This document shows positions 1 through 14,235 of a stretch of 64,000 nucleotides of DNA, piece by piece. This DNA is from the human T2T-CHM13v2.0 reference genome, Homo sapiens. Positions within the stretch are counted from its first letter, which is position 1. Each line of letters opens with the position of its first letter. The stretch lies in the NCBI RefSeq assembly GCF_009914755.1, contig NC_060925.1. One strand, given 5' to 3'. Under the pieces are notes generated by a model. It was given only the letters and a program-made list of their open reading frames with translations, was not told the DNA's origin and made no database searches. A program made the position numbers and the translations under genes.

Positions 1-205
1 AGGATATATGAATTTATAATTTTGAAAGATATTACCTTCATATATACATATCTGTATCTATATAGTACCTGTTTCCCTATACCCTTGCCAATACAAGGTG
101 TTAACATTCTGCTGTTTGCCAATCTGATAGGTTAAAAGTGACATTTCAGTATCATATTCATTTGCACTGCTCTTATTATGAATGAGCTGAGGAGCTTTTC
201 ATCTG

Positions 206-617
206 TGTCATAGGAAGCTCACCCCTGAGGACAGCATCACCTGGACTCCCTCCTCTGATAACTTCTGGGAGGCACTAGCAGGAGGTTAGCAGGTGGAAGG
301 AGAGATATCTTTCCCATTTCCATCCTGCTTCAAGGACATATTTCTCACAGTGGCTACATCCTCCATGATCACAGCCTTCTTCGGATGACCCATCTTTCCT
401 GCTCCGGCAATGCCGTTCTCTCTCTTTGTCCCTGCCTTCAATCCCAGGGATAGTAATAGCTTCCCACATTTGCAGGTCTCCGAGCGTCACAATGTCATTC
501 CCTTTTTGTCCCCAAAATCCTGCCCTCACCTCTGTAAGTTGCCCCATTTGGGGAGAAGAAGCATTTGTGGAGAAACCTGTTTGCTATTGCTTTGTTTTCC
601 TGAGACACTAACAAACA
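206..617 (+). mobile_element. LTR33-family ERVL solo LTR (degenerate)
   Basis: TG...CA ends; motifs gggaggcactagcaggagg, gggatagtaatagcttcccac and cctgccctcacctctgtaa resemble LTR33. Confidence 0.55.
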
Positions 618-697
618 TATCTCCTGCCTATTTTTCTACTGGTTTGTTGGTCTTTTCATATTGATTTGTAGTTGTAGCAACTCCTTATTCATCAGAG

Positions 698-919
698 CAA
701 GAGTTGGCAAACTTTTCTGTGAAGTGCCAGATAATAAATACTGTTGGTTTTGTGGACCATAAGGTCCCTGTTGCAGCTATTCAATTCTGCCACCATAGGG
801 TGAAAGCAGCCACAAACAATATGCAAACAAATGAGTGTGGCTGTGTTCTAATAAAACTTGATTGATAAAAACAGGCAGCAGGCCAGATATGGGCCTTGGG
901 CTGTAGTTCCCAACCCCAG
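698..919 (+). mobile_element. MER58A (hAT-Charlie MITE)
   Basis: caagagttggcaaacttttctgt...gtgtggctgtgttctaataaaact...caacccca; ~220 bp with terminal inverted repeats. Confidence 0.85.
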
Positions 920-3769
920 CATTAGGGAAATTATCTTTTCTCTGAGATATAAGCTGCAACTATTTTTCTCCCAGTTTAGTTTTTTACTTGTCTTATAGTG
1001 GCTTTGCCATGCAGAGTTTTAAAGATCTCTTATTTTACGTAGTGGAATTTATCCGTAATTTATGGCTTCTAGTTTTTATGTCAGAGGGAAAGCAAAGAGT
1101 TAGTAAAACCACAGGAAACTCAAAGAGGAAAGACTGTACCTTAAGCTAGTCAGACCATGCTACCACCAAGAGTCTTCTTAATGAGACAACTACTCATCCT
1201 TCTAAGACAGAATTATCAAAAACTCTTTCTTAAAAAGCAAACGAACAAATGAAAACTTTCGACGGAAGGCTGAGACACAAAATGGAGCGAGCATCCTGGT
1301 GGGAGCCAGGACGTACCTATCCACATGTGCCTCGGGTAACTCTCAGGCCACTGTATTCTAGACGTTAAAAAACACTTCTCGACACAAATACGAATCCTAT
1401 CAAAAGAAAATTAGAAAAGTGTTTTCTAGGTGATCGCTGTATAAAAATTTCACAAATCACCCATTCTATCAGGCTTTGCCTAGCTCCAACATCTTTCCGA
1501 CATCAGTGACATGGGGGCATCTGTTAGAGTTCTTACAACTAGGGGATCTCTCGGGATTTCCACTTCATACTCATTCTTCTGTTCCTGCATGACTGTGCTC
1601 CAGGGTCTAAAGGCTCCTAGCCTTAGTTTGTAATGAATTTAGTTTTTGCATTCTATAAATTTAAAACAAATATCTTTGTGGAAATTTTGTAAGTAGAAAC
1701 AGGGAAAGTAAAATGTTGCCAATTAAAATACATGTTATTTGCATAAAATAGGCAAGACTTTCAGGAAAAAAACACTGGGGAAAGGATGGGAAAAAGAACA
1801 AACAAATAAACAAAAATTGGCCGTTCAAGTCTCTACCAGAGTTTAATATTTTAAAGTCACAATTTCCTTTCCTTGTTTTCTCCTACCATGGAGAAGCAGA
1901 CACAGTTATAAGTGAAGGAACAAAACATAGACCGTGGAAATTTGGAGGTTTCAGCATGGATTTGCATCCTAAAAAATACAAATAGCAATGTGTAATAACA
2001 ATTTAAAATCTCTCTTGTTGAATTACAAAAATTATCCTGGCAATTGTAGTCGGTTGCTCTGTCCTGACCAAAACAAAGTTATTCATATTTATATGCCCTC
2101 ATCCCCATATACATGCATATTGAGATGTATATTTTATTTATATGTTCATCTAGATGTAAACATAGGTATATGCAGATATGCACCCACCACACTTCACTAT
2201 ACTGTCTACAACATGCATATTAGAAAATGTGTATTTACCGAAACCAACATATAAAACCAAAGTGGCAAAGGCTTTGGGGAATAAGAAAGACACAGCTCTG
2301 TAATAAGTCTAACACCTGTGAATGATCTGTAGCAGCCTTCGAAATGTGGGATTGCTGTATCCCTCAAACTGATACTACAAACTGAGATTTCATGTCTCCA
2401 TTTACACAAATTGATTCCATAAATTCTACTAAGCGCCAATGGGTAAGACTCACAGCATGTGAGATCAAAAGAGTAGGAGTAACTGGCGACAGTTTAGTTG
2501 AGCCACAAGATGACAAACATCAGTCACAGGGTAGTAAGGAGGGGAGAATCATCCAGAGAAAAGCCGTGGAGAGGCGTTTTCTCAATTGATTAGGTCATGC
2601 TGTAATGGAGCCAAGGGCGCAGGTTCAGTACTCTCTGCCAATGACCTATATTGTATTTCAAAGACACAGACCAGGCCCAATAGTTCTCAACATCTTGCCA
2701 CTAGATCAAAAGGGATATGAGAAGAAGAGTGGCTAAGCCCAAGCTTATTTCAAGTACTAGAAAAGTAACAACATTAACGCAGCATTGATTAGTACCATTG
2801 TCTTAGCGTAAGTTACAGTTAACGTCCGACATGATCTGTGATGTAATAGAATTAAGTAAGACATTTCTCCCGGCTAGTATTAAACTGTATTTATTCAGTC
2901 AACCTTACAAGATCCTATCATGAAACAGAAATAGCATTCACTTTTCAAATAGCTGTATTCTAACACGTGGTTTGCAATTAATATTGGGCTGTTTTGGATA
3001 TTTCCTGTATTACATATACAACCGGGATATTAATAACAACAAAGATGAAAACAGAAGAGGATTTATGTAGCTCCGGAGGGGTTCAATAAGTAGGAACATG
3101 ACCCGGATTCAAGCTTCCTGGCACAGACACCCCACCATCACAGCTTATTCAGAAATTAAATACTTGTGCTTCGCCACCACAAACGCAAGTGCTGCCGCTT
3201 ATCTTTTTTCTCACGAAAATGTGACCTTGGGCTCAGAATGGTGCTGACCCAACGTCTCACTTCTCTTAGAAGAAGTATCTCAATGAAGCTGATGCTGCCG
3301 TCTGAGCACTGCTTTCTCGTAGGAATTTGCCAAATTAACCCAAAATGCAGCCAGCCACCAAACAGAGAAACAATTTAAGTTTAGCCACGTGGGGATAAAT
3401 CCTTCTGGATGTCAAGGTCCTCAGCTGGGGCTTATATTAAACCAGTAGTTACCGACTCCATTCCCCAGAACAAAATGACTCATGGGGCTCCCGTATCTCC
3501 TTTCATTTGAAAAGGTGCTGAGGTGGTAAAATATTCTGAAAACTCCTGTAGTCATTGATTCCTCAGTTCTTATAGAGCGCTAGAATTTTGTGGTCTACAT
3601 GTCACTGATTGTAACACATCTTAATATTTGCTGCTTAGAAATATGTTTGAAAATCATGTAAAATATCGCACAAATAGCAAATAACTAGAAGATAGATGGT
3701 TGTGTCTTTTTCCCTCTCTGATATATATAAATTCTCCAAGAACCACATGGTAGAAAAAAGACAGATATA

Positions 3770-4103
3770 TAGTCACGCACTGCATAATGACATTTCAGTC
3801 AAGGACAGAACACACATACAATGGTGGTCCCATAAGATTATAATACTGTATTTTTACTATTCCTTTTCTATGTTTAGATACACAAATACTTAACCTTGTG
3901 TTAAAATTGCCTCAGCATTCAGTACAGTAACATGCTGTTCGGGTTTATAGCCCAGGAGCAAGAGACGATACTTCACAGCCCAGGTGTATAGTGGGCTATA
4001 CCATCCAGGTCTGTGTAGGTACCTCTATGATGTTTGCTCAGCTATGAAGTTGCCTGAAGATGCACTTCCCAGAAAATATTCCCACCCTTAAGCAACACAC
4101 GCT
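3770..4103 (+). mobile_element. Tigger3a/MER7A (TcMar-Tigger)
   Basis: agtcacgcactgcataatgacatttc...ggtggtcccataagattataatactgtatttttact...ttaagcaacacacg follows the consensus end to end. Confidence 0.85.
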
Positions 4104-4789
4104 GGACCCACCATCCTGAGGGTGGAAAGAAGCTCTTTAGAGTCCCCACAGAGTGAAATGACTTCATGTTTCTCACTCTCTCTCCTCAGTGCGGACTTCA
4201 AAATAAAAATACTAATCATCAAAAGACAAAATTCTGCATATGCTGAAACCTACATAACAGCATTCTGAAGTTTCTAATAGTAAGTTTCTTATTAGCTTGT
4301 CCCAAGTTAAACTTCTTTTGTGAAAGGAAAGTCTCTGTGTGTGTGTGCCTGGGCATGTATCCCAGTGTTGCCAGGGCCCTACGTCGTATGCACACGATAA
4401 GTCCAAGACCTGTAGTGGGTAAACTCAGCAATGTTCATACTCTCTAAGTAGGTAACGCTAAAGGAAGAGAGAGAAAAACATTCATAGCCTGAGTGATCAC
4501 ATAAACTGGGTATATCAGAAAAATCATGACTTCTGGTTCTGGAAGAGAATTGGAGGGGGTATAACCTCTCTTCCAATGGACGGACTCAGAGTTATACCTA
4601 GCTCAATCTAGATGGTATGTAATCTTTATTGGGAAAAAAAAAAAGGGTGACTAAATACATACGCTTTAATCATAATTTGTATTCCTAGATGAAACTACCA
4701 ATAAAAATTGCTACCTGCGTATTTCCTGGGCCCTTATGAGGTACACTCTGAAACACTTTTTCTAACACTCTCCACCACAAAATTGGTTT

Positions 4790-4930
4790 TATTGCTTTCA
4801 TTTCATAGTTGAGAAAATGATGGATTCAAAAAGATTAAGCAATTTGTTCAAGGTCTTATGACTGATAAGTCACATTTTGAGGATGGGACCCCAAGTCCAT
4901 TTGATTTGAATGCCCATAATCCTCTAACTG
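4790..4930 (-). mobile_element. MIR fragment
   Basis: Core gttgagaaaatga...agattaagcaatttgttcaaggtc. Confidence 0.55.
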
Positions 4931-7704
4931 CAGAAAGCTTCAAGTTTTCTGTGTGTTCTGGAAGGCACAGCTACAAAGAAAAGCTAATATTTCCCTCTAA
5001 ATTCTACCTTTATATAGCTCATCATTTGAATTTATAACACTCTCCAGCAGTAACAAATACTTACGTTTCTCTGGATTCACAGATATATACTAAATATTTT
5101 AAGAATGGAGAGAAACTAAGATTGGAAACAAATTAATATGACAGGAAAAAAACTGTGGAGGAAAATCCATGGGAACGTATAAGAATATAACTGTAATTCA
5201 AGAGCCACATACTCAGGGTTTGTAAAAATTCCTAACTGCAGATTAAGCAGTGAGGAGCTCAGCACCTTCCACAGGTTCACACTCCAAGCCACGGAGCACT
5301 CAGTGGCACCGGTCTGCTCTTTGGGAACACCGTTCAATTACCTCTCTCCATGTAAGGACTTCGCATTATTAGTGAACCGATTCTAACACAGGAACCTCCT
5401 ATGATGTCTTAAGTTCAGAATATTTCTCCCTGATCACCCCAGAAGAAATCAGAGCTGCGTTAATCAATCATTCTCTTACACGGTTTCCTTTGTATAGAAC
5501 CACTTTGCACCCTTTTTGGTAAGTTACCTCCTTCTTAATCTTCAGGACTAAGCTCAACACACACTTCAAAGCCTTTCTGAACCCATTCTAGTATGGCTGC
5601 CCTGTTTTGTCTTCCCCCAACCCCAGAAACCCTGTATTTACCTTCAACAAAGCTTTGACCACACATTCTCTGCTATGTTTTTTACTGGAGATTAATTTTT
5701 TACTCATTTTGTTGAGGCTATTTCCAGGGGCTCTGAATAGTGGCTACTCTTAATAAATACGTAAATATACTCTTAGGGATAAATGAAAAATCAAATGGTC
5801 CGAGTGGCCTAACACAATTTCCAGAACACACTGGGAAATGTTTGTCTCTTTTTTCAGCCATTGTCACTACTTCTTTATCCCCACCTCTATCTACACATAA
5901 ATAAACACATGCCAACACCTGCACTTAAGTATGCACATGTACACATATACACAGCATCGATTACTCCATGGATTAACTCTGCTTCATCTACTACCTTTCA
6001 TGTAAAAACAAGACAAAGGAAGAAATTTAAGAATTTATGATATTCACACAAAATCACATAATCTACCAAAGTCTCCTCATGCATTGCCTTTATTCAGACT
6101 AATATTTACTGAGCACACAGTACTATGTAAAGCAGTAGAAGCCAATCAATTAAAATGCTCATATGTTCTGAACATAAAATGCTTCAACACCCACTACAGA
6201 CATTCAGAAAGATCCAAAAAAGCAAAATTAAGTCCTGCCCATATTGAAACTATATCTTGAGATAGAACCAACACAACCAAAACAAGGTGACTATTTTAAG
6301 ATGAGGAATGGCTGGGAACACAGGAAATAACCCAATGGGACATGAGTGTGGCTCTCAGCCTTTGGACAGATCATGTGACAACAAATAAACACACACGTTC
6401 TCCTGCAGGGCATAGGTTTCTGGTGAAGAATCAGTGGTGACTTGGAGCAAGACACCAGATGATAATTTGATAAATGCTGTTTACCTTTAAAATGTGATTA
6501 AACAGCATTTATGATGAACATGCTCAGCCAATGATGAATAATATGTGCAGTCAAGCACAATAGAAAGTAATTGTCTGAGGAGGTAGTTCTTCCCTGGCAG
6601 CTTCCCAAAGCTCTCACAGCGTGCCTTCCCCTTCCTCCCAAACACTGGAGTTGGAGTTAGAGCCCTGCCAGAGGAGAAAACCTGGCTACAGAGAGTGGAC
6701 TGGATAATGACTCGCACCAACAGTTTCGGGGATCTCCAGGTACAGGGAAGCCTGTTCGCACATTCACCTTTAGGAATATTCAGGACTCGCTCTACCTGCT
6801 GCAGTGTCCGCACGTGGTTCCTGGTGTGGTTTATTTTTCTCTCACACCTCAGTGAGGTTCTTTCACAGCCTCTTTAGTCTAAGATTTCAATTTTTAAAAC
6901 GGAGAGAGATCATTCCACAAAATATTATATATTCCAGTTTTCTTCTAATTCAACAGTTCTACGAATAAAGACCAACTTGAACTGATTCACAGTGCATTTT
7001 TATAAATTAAGAGGAGTTTCTGTGCAAAAAAAAATTCATTACCTCAATTTAGTTCTCAGTGCAAATTATAATGATTCCTGGTTCAATTTATAGAAAATAG
7101 TTTAAACAACTCCATGTCCATACACACCAAAATAACATGTTCTGGGTAAGATACACAGGTGTTCATACAGTAAACATGAGAACTCCATGTCAAATGGAGA
7201 TATCGCATGATGTCTATTTTACCTTCAGAGAAATGTGCACAAACTGGGTAATGATGATGCCAGTACAAGAACTTGCAAATAAATGGGTTGTTTGGGCAAG
7301 AAATTTTGTAGGTACGTAAAACCAGAACTAATTTATAGATCAGTCAGGCTCCGTCTCATGCTTGGCAGAGAGGCTAGAGGTCACTGGTCACTGAGGAAAA
7401 AAATGCTTACAAACTGATTTCCAGCCCAGTTAGCAATTTTACCAGAACTCTTTATTCTATCAAGGCTGCAGAAGAGAGGTAATGAGGTCCCATATGTACA
7501 GGTGTGCAACAAATTAGGTCAATAAATATGTCTGTTAAAAATACTTAAATAGGAAAGGTAAAAATTACTTAAACATGATAAGAACCATTCAGCAAAATTC
7601 AATAGCAGACTTAATGCTCAGTGGTGAAGTGTTAAAGCCATTTTTATTAAAATGACAAACTGGACTAGGATAACCATTATTGACTCTTTATAAAATATTG
7701 CTTT

Positions 7705-9445
7705 GAGAGTATAAAATACCTAGGAATCCAACTTACAAGGGATGTGAAGGACCTCTTCAAGGAGAACTACAAACCACTGCTCAACGAAATAAAAGAGGAC
7801 ACAAACAAATGGAAGAGCATTCCATGCTCATGGATAGGAAGACTCAATATTGTGAAAACGGACATACTGCCCAAGGTAATTTATACATTCAATGCCATCC
7901 CCATCAAGCTACCAATGACTTTCTTCACAGAATTGGAAAAAACTACTTTGAAGTTCATATGGAACCAAAAAAGAGCCCGCATCACCAAGTCAATCCTAAG
8001 CCAAAAGAACAAAGCTGGAGGCATCATGCTACCTGACTTCAAACTATATTATAAGGCTATAGTAAACAAAACAGCATGGTACTGGTACCAAAACAGAGAG
8101 ATAGACCAATGGAACAGAACAGAGCCCTCAGAAATAATGCTGCATATCTACAACTATCTCATCTTTGACAAACCTCACAAAAAGAAGAAATGGGGAAAGG
8201 ATTCCCTATTTAATAAATGGTGCTGGGAAAACTGGCTAGCCATATGTAGAAAGCTGAAACTGGATCCCTTCCTTACACTTTATACAAAAATTAATTCAAG
8301 ATGGATTAAAGACTTACATGTCAGACCTAAAACCATAAAAACCCTAGAAGAAAACCCAGGCAATACCATTCAGGACACAGGCATGGGCAAGACTTCATGT
8401 CTAAAACACCAAAAGCAATGGCAACAAAAGCCAAAATTGACAAATGGGATCTAATTAAACTAAAGAGCTTCTGCACAGCAAAAGAAACCACCATCAGAAT
8501 GAACAGGCAACCTACAGAATGGGAGAAAATTTTTATAATCTACCCATTTGACAAAGGGCTAATATCCAGAAACTATGAAGAACTTAAATTTACAAGAAAA
8601 AAATCAACCCCATCAAAAAGTGGGCAAAGGATATGAACAGACACTTCTCAAAAGAAGACATTTATGCAGCCAACAGACACATGAAAAAATGCTCATCACC
8701 ACTGGCCATCAGAGAACTGCAAATCAAAACCACAATGAGATACCATCTCACACCAGTTAGAATGGCGATCATTAAAAAGTCAGGAAACAACAGGTGCTGG
8801 AGAGGATGTGGAGAAATAGGAACACTTTTACATTGTTGGTGGGACTGTAAACTAGTTCAACCATTGCGGAAGACAGTGTGGCAATTCCTCAGGGATCTAG
8901 AACTAGAAATACCATATGACCCAGCAATCCCATTACTGGGTATATACCCAAAGGATTATAAATCATGCTGCTATAAAGACACATGCATACGTATGTTTAT
9001 TGCGGCACTATTCACAATAGCAAAGACTTGGAACCAACCCAAATGTCCATCAATGATAGACTAGATTAAGAAAATGTGGCACATATACACCATGGAATAC
9101 TATGCAGCCATAAAAAAGGATGAGTTCATGTCCTTTGTAGGGACATGGATGAAGCTGGAAACCATCATTCTCAGCAAACTATCGCAAGGACAGAAAATCA
9201 AACACAGCATGTTCTCACTCATAGGTGGGAATTGAACAATGAGAACACTTGGACACAGGAAGGGGAACATCACACACCGGGGCCTGTCATGGGGCGGTGG
9301 GAGTGGGGAGGGATAGCATTAGGAGATATATCTAATGTGAATGATGAGTTAATGGGTGCAGCACACCAACATGGCACATGTATACATATGTAACAAACCT
9401 GCACGTTGTGTGCAGGTACCTTAGAACTTAAAATGCAATAAAATA
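7705..9445 (+). mobile_element. 5'-truncated L1PA (about L1PA4-6): ORF2 3' end, 3'UTR and AT-rich tail
   Basis: ORF track gives ORF2p peptides ([23 protein letters not shown]; [19 protein letters not shown]); typical primate L1 3'UTR follows. Confidence 0.95.
7744..9064 (+). pseudogene. Disabled L1 ORF2p C-terminal fragment (cysteine-rich domain)
   Basis: Split across ORFs 7744-8454, 8397-8636 and 8633-9064 by frameshifts; premature TAG after MID where ORF2p continues WIKKMW. Confidence 0.9.
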
Positions 9446-10369
9446 TATATATATAAAATATATATATTTTATATATTTTTTTAATATATATATTTTGCTG
9501 ATGTAAGAAGAAATTTTATATACATATATGTAGCAGGTGATCTTTATTTACAGATAAGATTACATAATTTGAAAATCCAACTTTAATAAAAAATCCAACT
9601 CTAATAAGAGAATGTACTTAGATACAAAGATGTAAGACAAATATACAAAGAAATCATTAGTTTTCTCTGTACCAGAGATAAACAGCTAGAAAATCAAATG
9701 AAAAATATTTTATAAAAAGTAGCAACTTATATCAAATGCCACACAGTATAAATTTAACAACAAAATATATATAAACTCTATATAACAAACAGAAAATATT
9801 ATTGAAAGATATAAAATACCATATGAACAAAAAGATAAACATATGTTCCTGAAGAGGAGGTTACTTTCTTAAAATGTCATGCTTTCTAAACTTAATACAT
9901 ACATTTAATTCCATATATTCCAATTAGAATCCAGTGGTATTTTTTCTTCTCCAACTTGGTAAAGTAAGTTTAAAGCTCATTTGCAATAATGTCCATACAG
10001 AACAGTAAAGAAAAGTGTGCAAAAGAATAGTGGGAGTGGAATTGTCTTGCCAGATACCAAACTTACTACAAACCATGGGGAAAAAGAAAAGAAAAGAGAA
10101 TGATTCTAGAACAGGGACAGAAAAGTTGAACAATTAACCAGATAGCACAGAAAAAAGCCAAGTGTTATGATAACTTTAAGCCAAGTGTTAAATCACTCAA
10201 TTGTGACTTTTCAATTGAGTGGGGAAAAGAACCATTTGTATAATAAAAAGGCATTAGCATATGTGCATCTCCACCTGTGGAAAAAAGAAAGCTGGATTGT
10301 ATTACCTCAAAGCATACACAAAAGAATTTCTAGATAGACTAAATATCTCAATCTTAAAAATTATTCACC

Positions 10370-10672
10370 AGCCTGGGCACAGTGGCTCATGCCTGTAATC
10401 CCAGCATTTTGGGAGGCTGAGGGAGTAGATCATTTGAGCCTATGAGTTCAAGACCATCCTGGGCAACATGATGAAACTACATCTCTACAAAAAACACAAA
10501 AAAATCAGCCAGGCATGGTGGTGTGTGCCTATAATCCTAACTACTCAGAAGGCTGAGACAGGAGGATCGCCTGAGTCAAGGGAGGTCAAGGCTACAGTGA
10601 GCCATGATCCTACCACTGTACTCCAGCCTGGCAACAGAGTGAGACCCTGTAGCAGAAGGAAAAAAAAAAAAA
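10370..10672 (+). mobile_element. AluJ
   Basis: Dimeric Alu with J-type features (ttgagcc...cctgggcaacat), A tail. Confidence 0.9.
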
Positions 10673-11394
10673 TGTGAAAATAATTATATAGCTTTGATAT
10701 AAGCAAAGATACCCACGACAGGAAACCCACAGGGCATTTTTTAAAAAAACCTACATAGTCATATTCCAGTGTAAAAAATGTAAAATTTGTTAGTAACTGA
10801 AGTCAAGAGACAAGTGACATCCTAGCGAAAATATCCGTAAAATGTTGAACAAAGTGTTGATGTCACAAAGAACACCTATAAATCGATAAGGAAAAGACCA
10901 AAAATTCACCATGAAAATGAAAAAATGAATAGTACACGTGAATCACAAAAAAGGAATTGCAAATAACCAGTATATAAAATGGTCTTCAACCTCAAGAACA
11001 TGCAAACTCACGTTAGTTAACACTATTTACCCAGTAGATTGGAAAAATATTTCATTTCAAGCATTTCACTGGTAAAATACATTGTGGGTGAAATTATAAT
11101 CCATTACAAACAATATTTCTTGGGGAAATTTGGCAACACCTTCTAGAATATAAAATTCACGTGGCCTTGAAGAAAAGAAAATTCTACTTTGAAGAGCCTT
11201 TTCAGTCAAAATAAAAGGGCCAGTGTGCAAAGCTGTATGCACTAGAATGTCTATCGCATATTTTAGTGACAAAAAAGTAAAAATACTGGGTCCATTAATG
11301 GGGCATGACTGAATATATCACATTACAGCCATTTCTACGGAACATAATGCACACATTATGCAAAAAAACTGTATTTTGCTGCAGTGAGATGTAA

Positions 11395-11600
11395 TATAGT
11401 ATACAGTAGTAAGGGCTCTAGAGGATGGAAGCCCGACAGCCCATTCCAAGTCTGGGCTTCACCACTTCCTAACCTTGTGAACTTCAGCAGCCTCCTTAAG
11501 TTCTCTGGACCCGTTTCCTCATCAGCAAACAGGGAGAATGATAGCAACTTCACAAGGTTATTGTAAGGCTCAAATGAGATAAAGTATTTAAAGCAAAAAA
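11395..11600 (+). mobile_element. MIR
   Basis: gtttcctcatcagcaaacagggagaatgatag...aaggttattgtaaggctcaaatgagat. Confidence 0.65.
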
Positions 11601-12013
11601 AAAAAAGTGTTCTTAAAATCAATTTCAAGAAAATTAAGTCACAAAGTAATGTCTGTTGTGGGATTCCTTTTTTGTCAAGATAACAGATCTTATCTCACTT
11701 ACCATTGCCTGAACAAACCAGGACATTGTCCATCTGGGATGGTTTTTGTCCAAACAGGAGGCGATAGTTATTAATTAAGGAAGCGAGACTGGGTTTGGAC
11801 TGTGGCATACGACGAGAGGATTTGGCTAGTTCTTAGTAAAAGGAGACCATAGCAGGCATGCAGCATTATGTACAGATGCCCTAAGAGACTGAGAAACAAG
11901 GAAAATGGGGTTGGAGGCATTTTGAGGGGAGGAGCAAGTGTGAGCATGAGCCCAACCCTGAGATCCTTCAAGAGCCCAGTTCTAGTTGCAGGCCACAAGT
12001 ATCCTGACAATAA

Positions 12014-12419
<406 letters not shown>

Positions 12420-13930
12420 CATACTATGTGTTTTAAACACAAAAAACACAGTATGTATTTAACAGACGTCAACTGCGCTGTGCCAGTTCAGCTAGGCTAG
12501 GCTTCTGCCTGTAACTGAAAAACAAACTAGCATTTCAAGTAAAATGAGTAAAAAATATAAAAACACATTGTAAATTATCATTTTCTAATACTTAAGTCAG
12601 CTTATGAGATTCCTCCCACACCTACTCAGTGGCTCACAAACCCTCGGAAGGAAGAAGCACTGCATAACCCATCTCAATGTTTCAGTCATTACTTACCACT
12701 TCAATAGCCCACTAATAAACAGTGGTTTCCACCAAGATAAAATATACAAATTTTTCAATAGACGTAGTAAATACTGAACAAAAGTAAACAGAAGTTGACT
12801 ATAATATCAAAAAGCAGTACCATTTAGTATTAGTCTGAAAGCAACTAGTGAACGCATTAATATAACCAACAAACAACCTTTCACGAAATACTTAGAGATT
12901 AGGGCCATAAACTACAAGCTAGTGTTCTTTTCACTTTGAAATGAAAGATCAGAGGTTCCATATAGGCCTTAATTAGACTCATAGTCTAGAATTTTTCTTT
13001 CTTTCTCTAATTAAGAGGATCACGCAAAAACACTGAAGTAGTAGTGCCAAGATGATTCCAGCCAGGTAGCCCAGTGCAACACACACAAAAATAGTTCACA
13101 GAGATAATGTTACCCAATTATGAATTCAGAGAGACTCAATGTACAACATATTTCTTAAGACACAGCTACAAGACAGAGAGTAGGGCATCATCCATAAAAG
13201 GTTGGGCAAAAGATGAGGGCCTCAAAGCCAGGCCAAACTGGGTGGTTTTTCACCTAGAATAATATAAGGTAGTCTGCCTAGAGGAACAATCTCTATCACT
13301 GTTGAGGAAGAAAGCCAAGGTATATAAATGAAGAAGAGGTTCTAAGTGTCAGGTCCAACGTAAATGGTGAGGTCATAAAAAGCAAAAGGAATTTCTAGGC
13401 CAGACATGATGAAGATGAGAAATTAAGGGGTATGAAGATAACAAATTGGGTCTTTGTAAGCAGGTTAGAACTAAAATGGTGAACGCTGAGACTGCCGGAA
13501 GATTTTTGTTGTGTTGTACCAGTTGGATAGTGTGTTTGTTTGATTATGCAGGTGCACACATGTATATAAACAAGCTGGGAGGTAGCGAGCTCCTCCCAAG
13601 AGGAGGTGTAAGTTTCATGGCTTAAAGGAGTCAGGCAAAACCAATGTTCCACCTAATATTAACTATCAAATTATATTTTAATATTGTCCCTTACTGAATA
13701 ACAATTCAGGATTGCTTGGGACCAATAGTAAACTGATTGAAAAAATTATCCAAATGGGGATAAGCTATGAATGTTACTAGGATCATATGATGAGAGGTAA
13801 AAGGATGGGCAAATTCAAGGCTACAGACACAACTTGATTCAGAAAATATGAAATTACGAAGAGGAAGACATACCAAGTACTATTCTTTGGAAAGATGAGA
13901 TGTTTGTTAAGCAGAGCTTAATATTAACTT

Positions 13931-14235
13931 CTTTTTTTTTCTTACTCCTTTTTTTTTTTTTTTGAGACAAGGTCCCACTCTGCCACCCAGGCTGGAGTAT
14001 AATGGCGCAGTCACAGTTCACTGCAGCCTCCACCTCCCAGGCTCATCACCTCAACCTCCTGAGTAGCTGGGACCACAGGTGTCTCCCACTATACCCAGCT
14101 AATTTTTATATGTTTTGCAGAGACAGGGTTTCACCACATTGCACAGGATGGTCTCGAACTCCTGAGCTCAAGCAATCCACAAGCCTCTGCTTCTGAAAGT
14201 GCTGGGATTATAGACATGAGCCACCTCACCCAGCC
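13931..14235 (-). mobile_element. AluJ
   Basis: Antisense Alu; TSD aatattaactt at 13920-13930 and 14236-14246. Confidence 0.9.

Larger units (their letters stand above)
1..1080 (-). mobile_element. Old L1M fragments interrupted by LTR33 and MER58A
   Basis: Degenerate antisense L1 ORF2-like text (tttgccaatctgatagg...atttgcactgctcttattatgaatgagctgaggagcttttcat); resumes after each insertion; boundaries approximate. Confidence 0.6.
7580..11360 (+). mobile_element. Old L1M(E-like) ORF2/3' remnant hosting the L1PA and an AluJ
   Basis: A-rich degenerate L1 ORF2 sequence either side of the young L1 (ggtgaagtgttaaagcc...; aagctggattgtattacctcaaagcatacacaaaa); boundaries approximate. Confidence 0.6.

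Noticed and set aside
7744-9064. Functional reverse transcriptase gene
   Set aside because: 5'-truncated L1 ORF2 with frameshifts and a premature stop.
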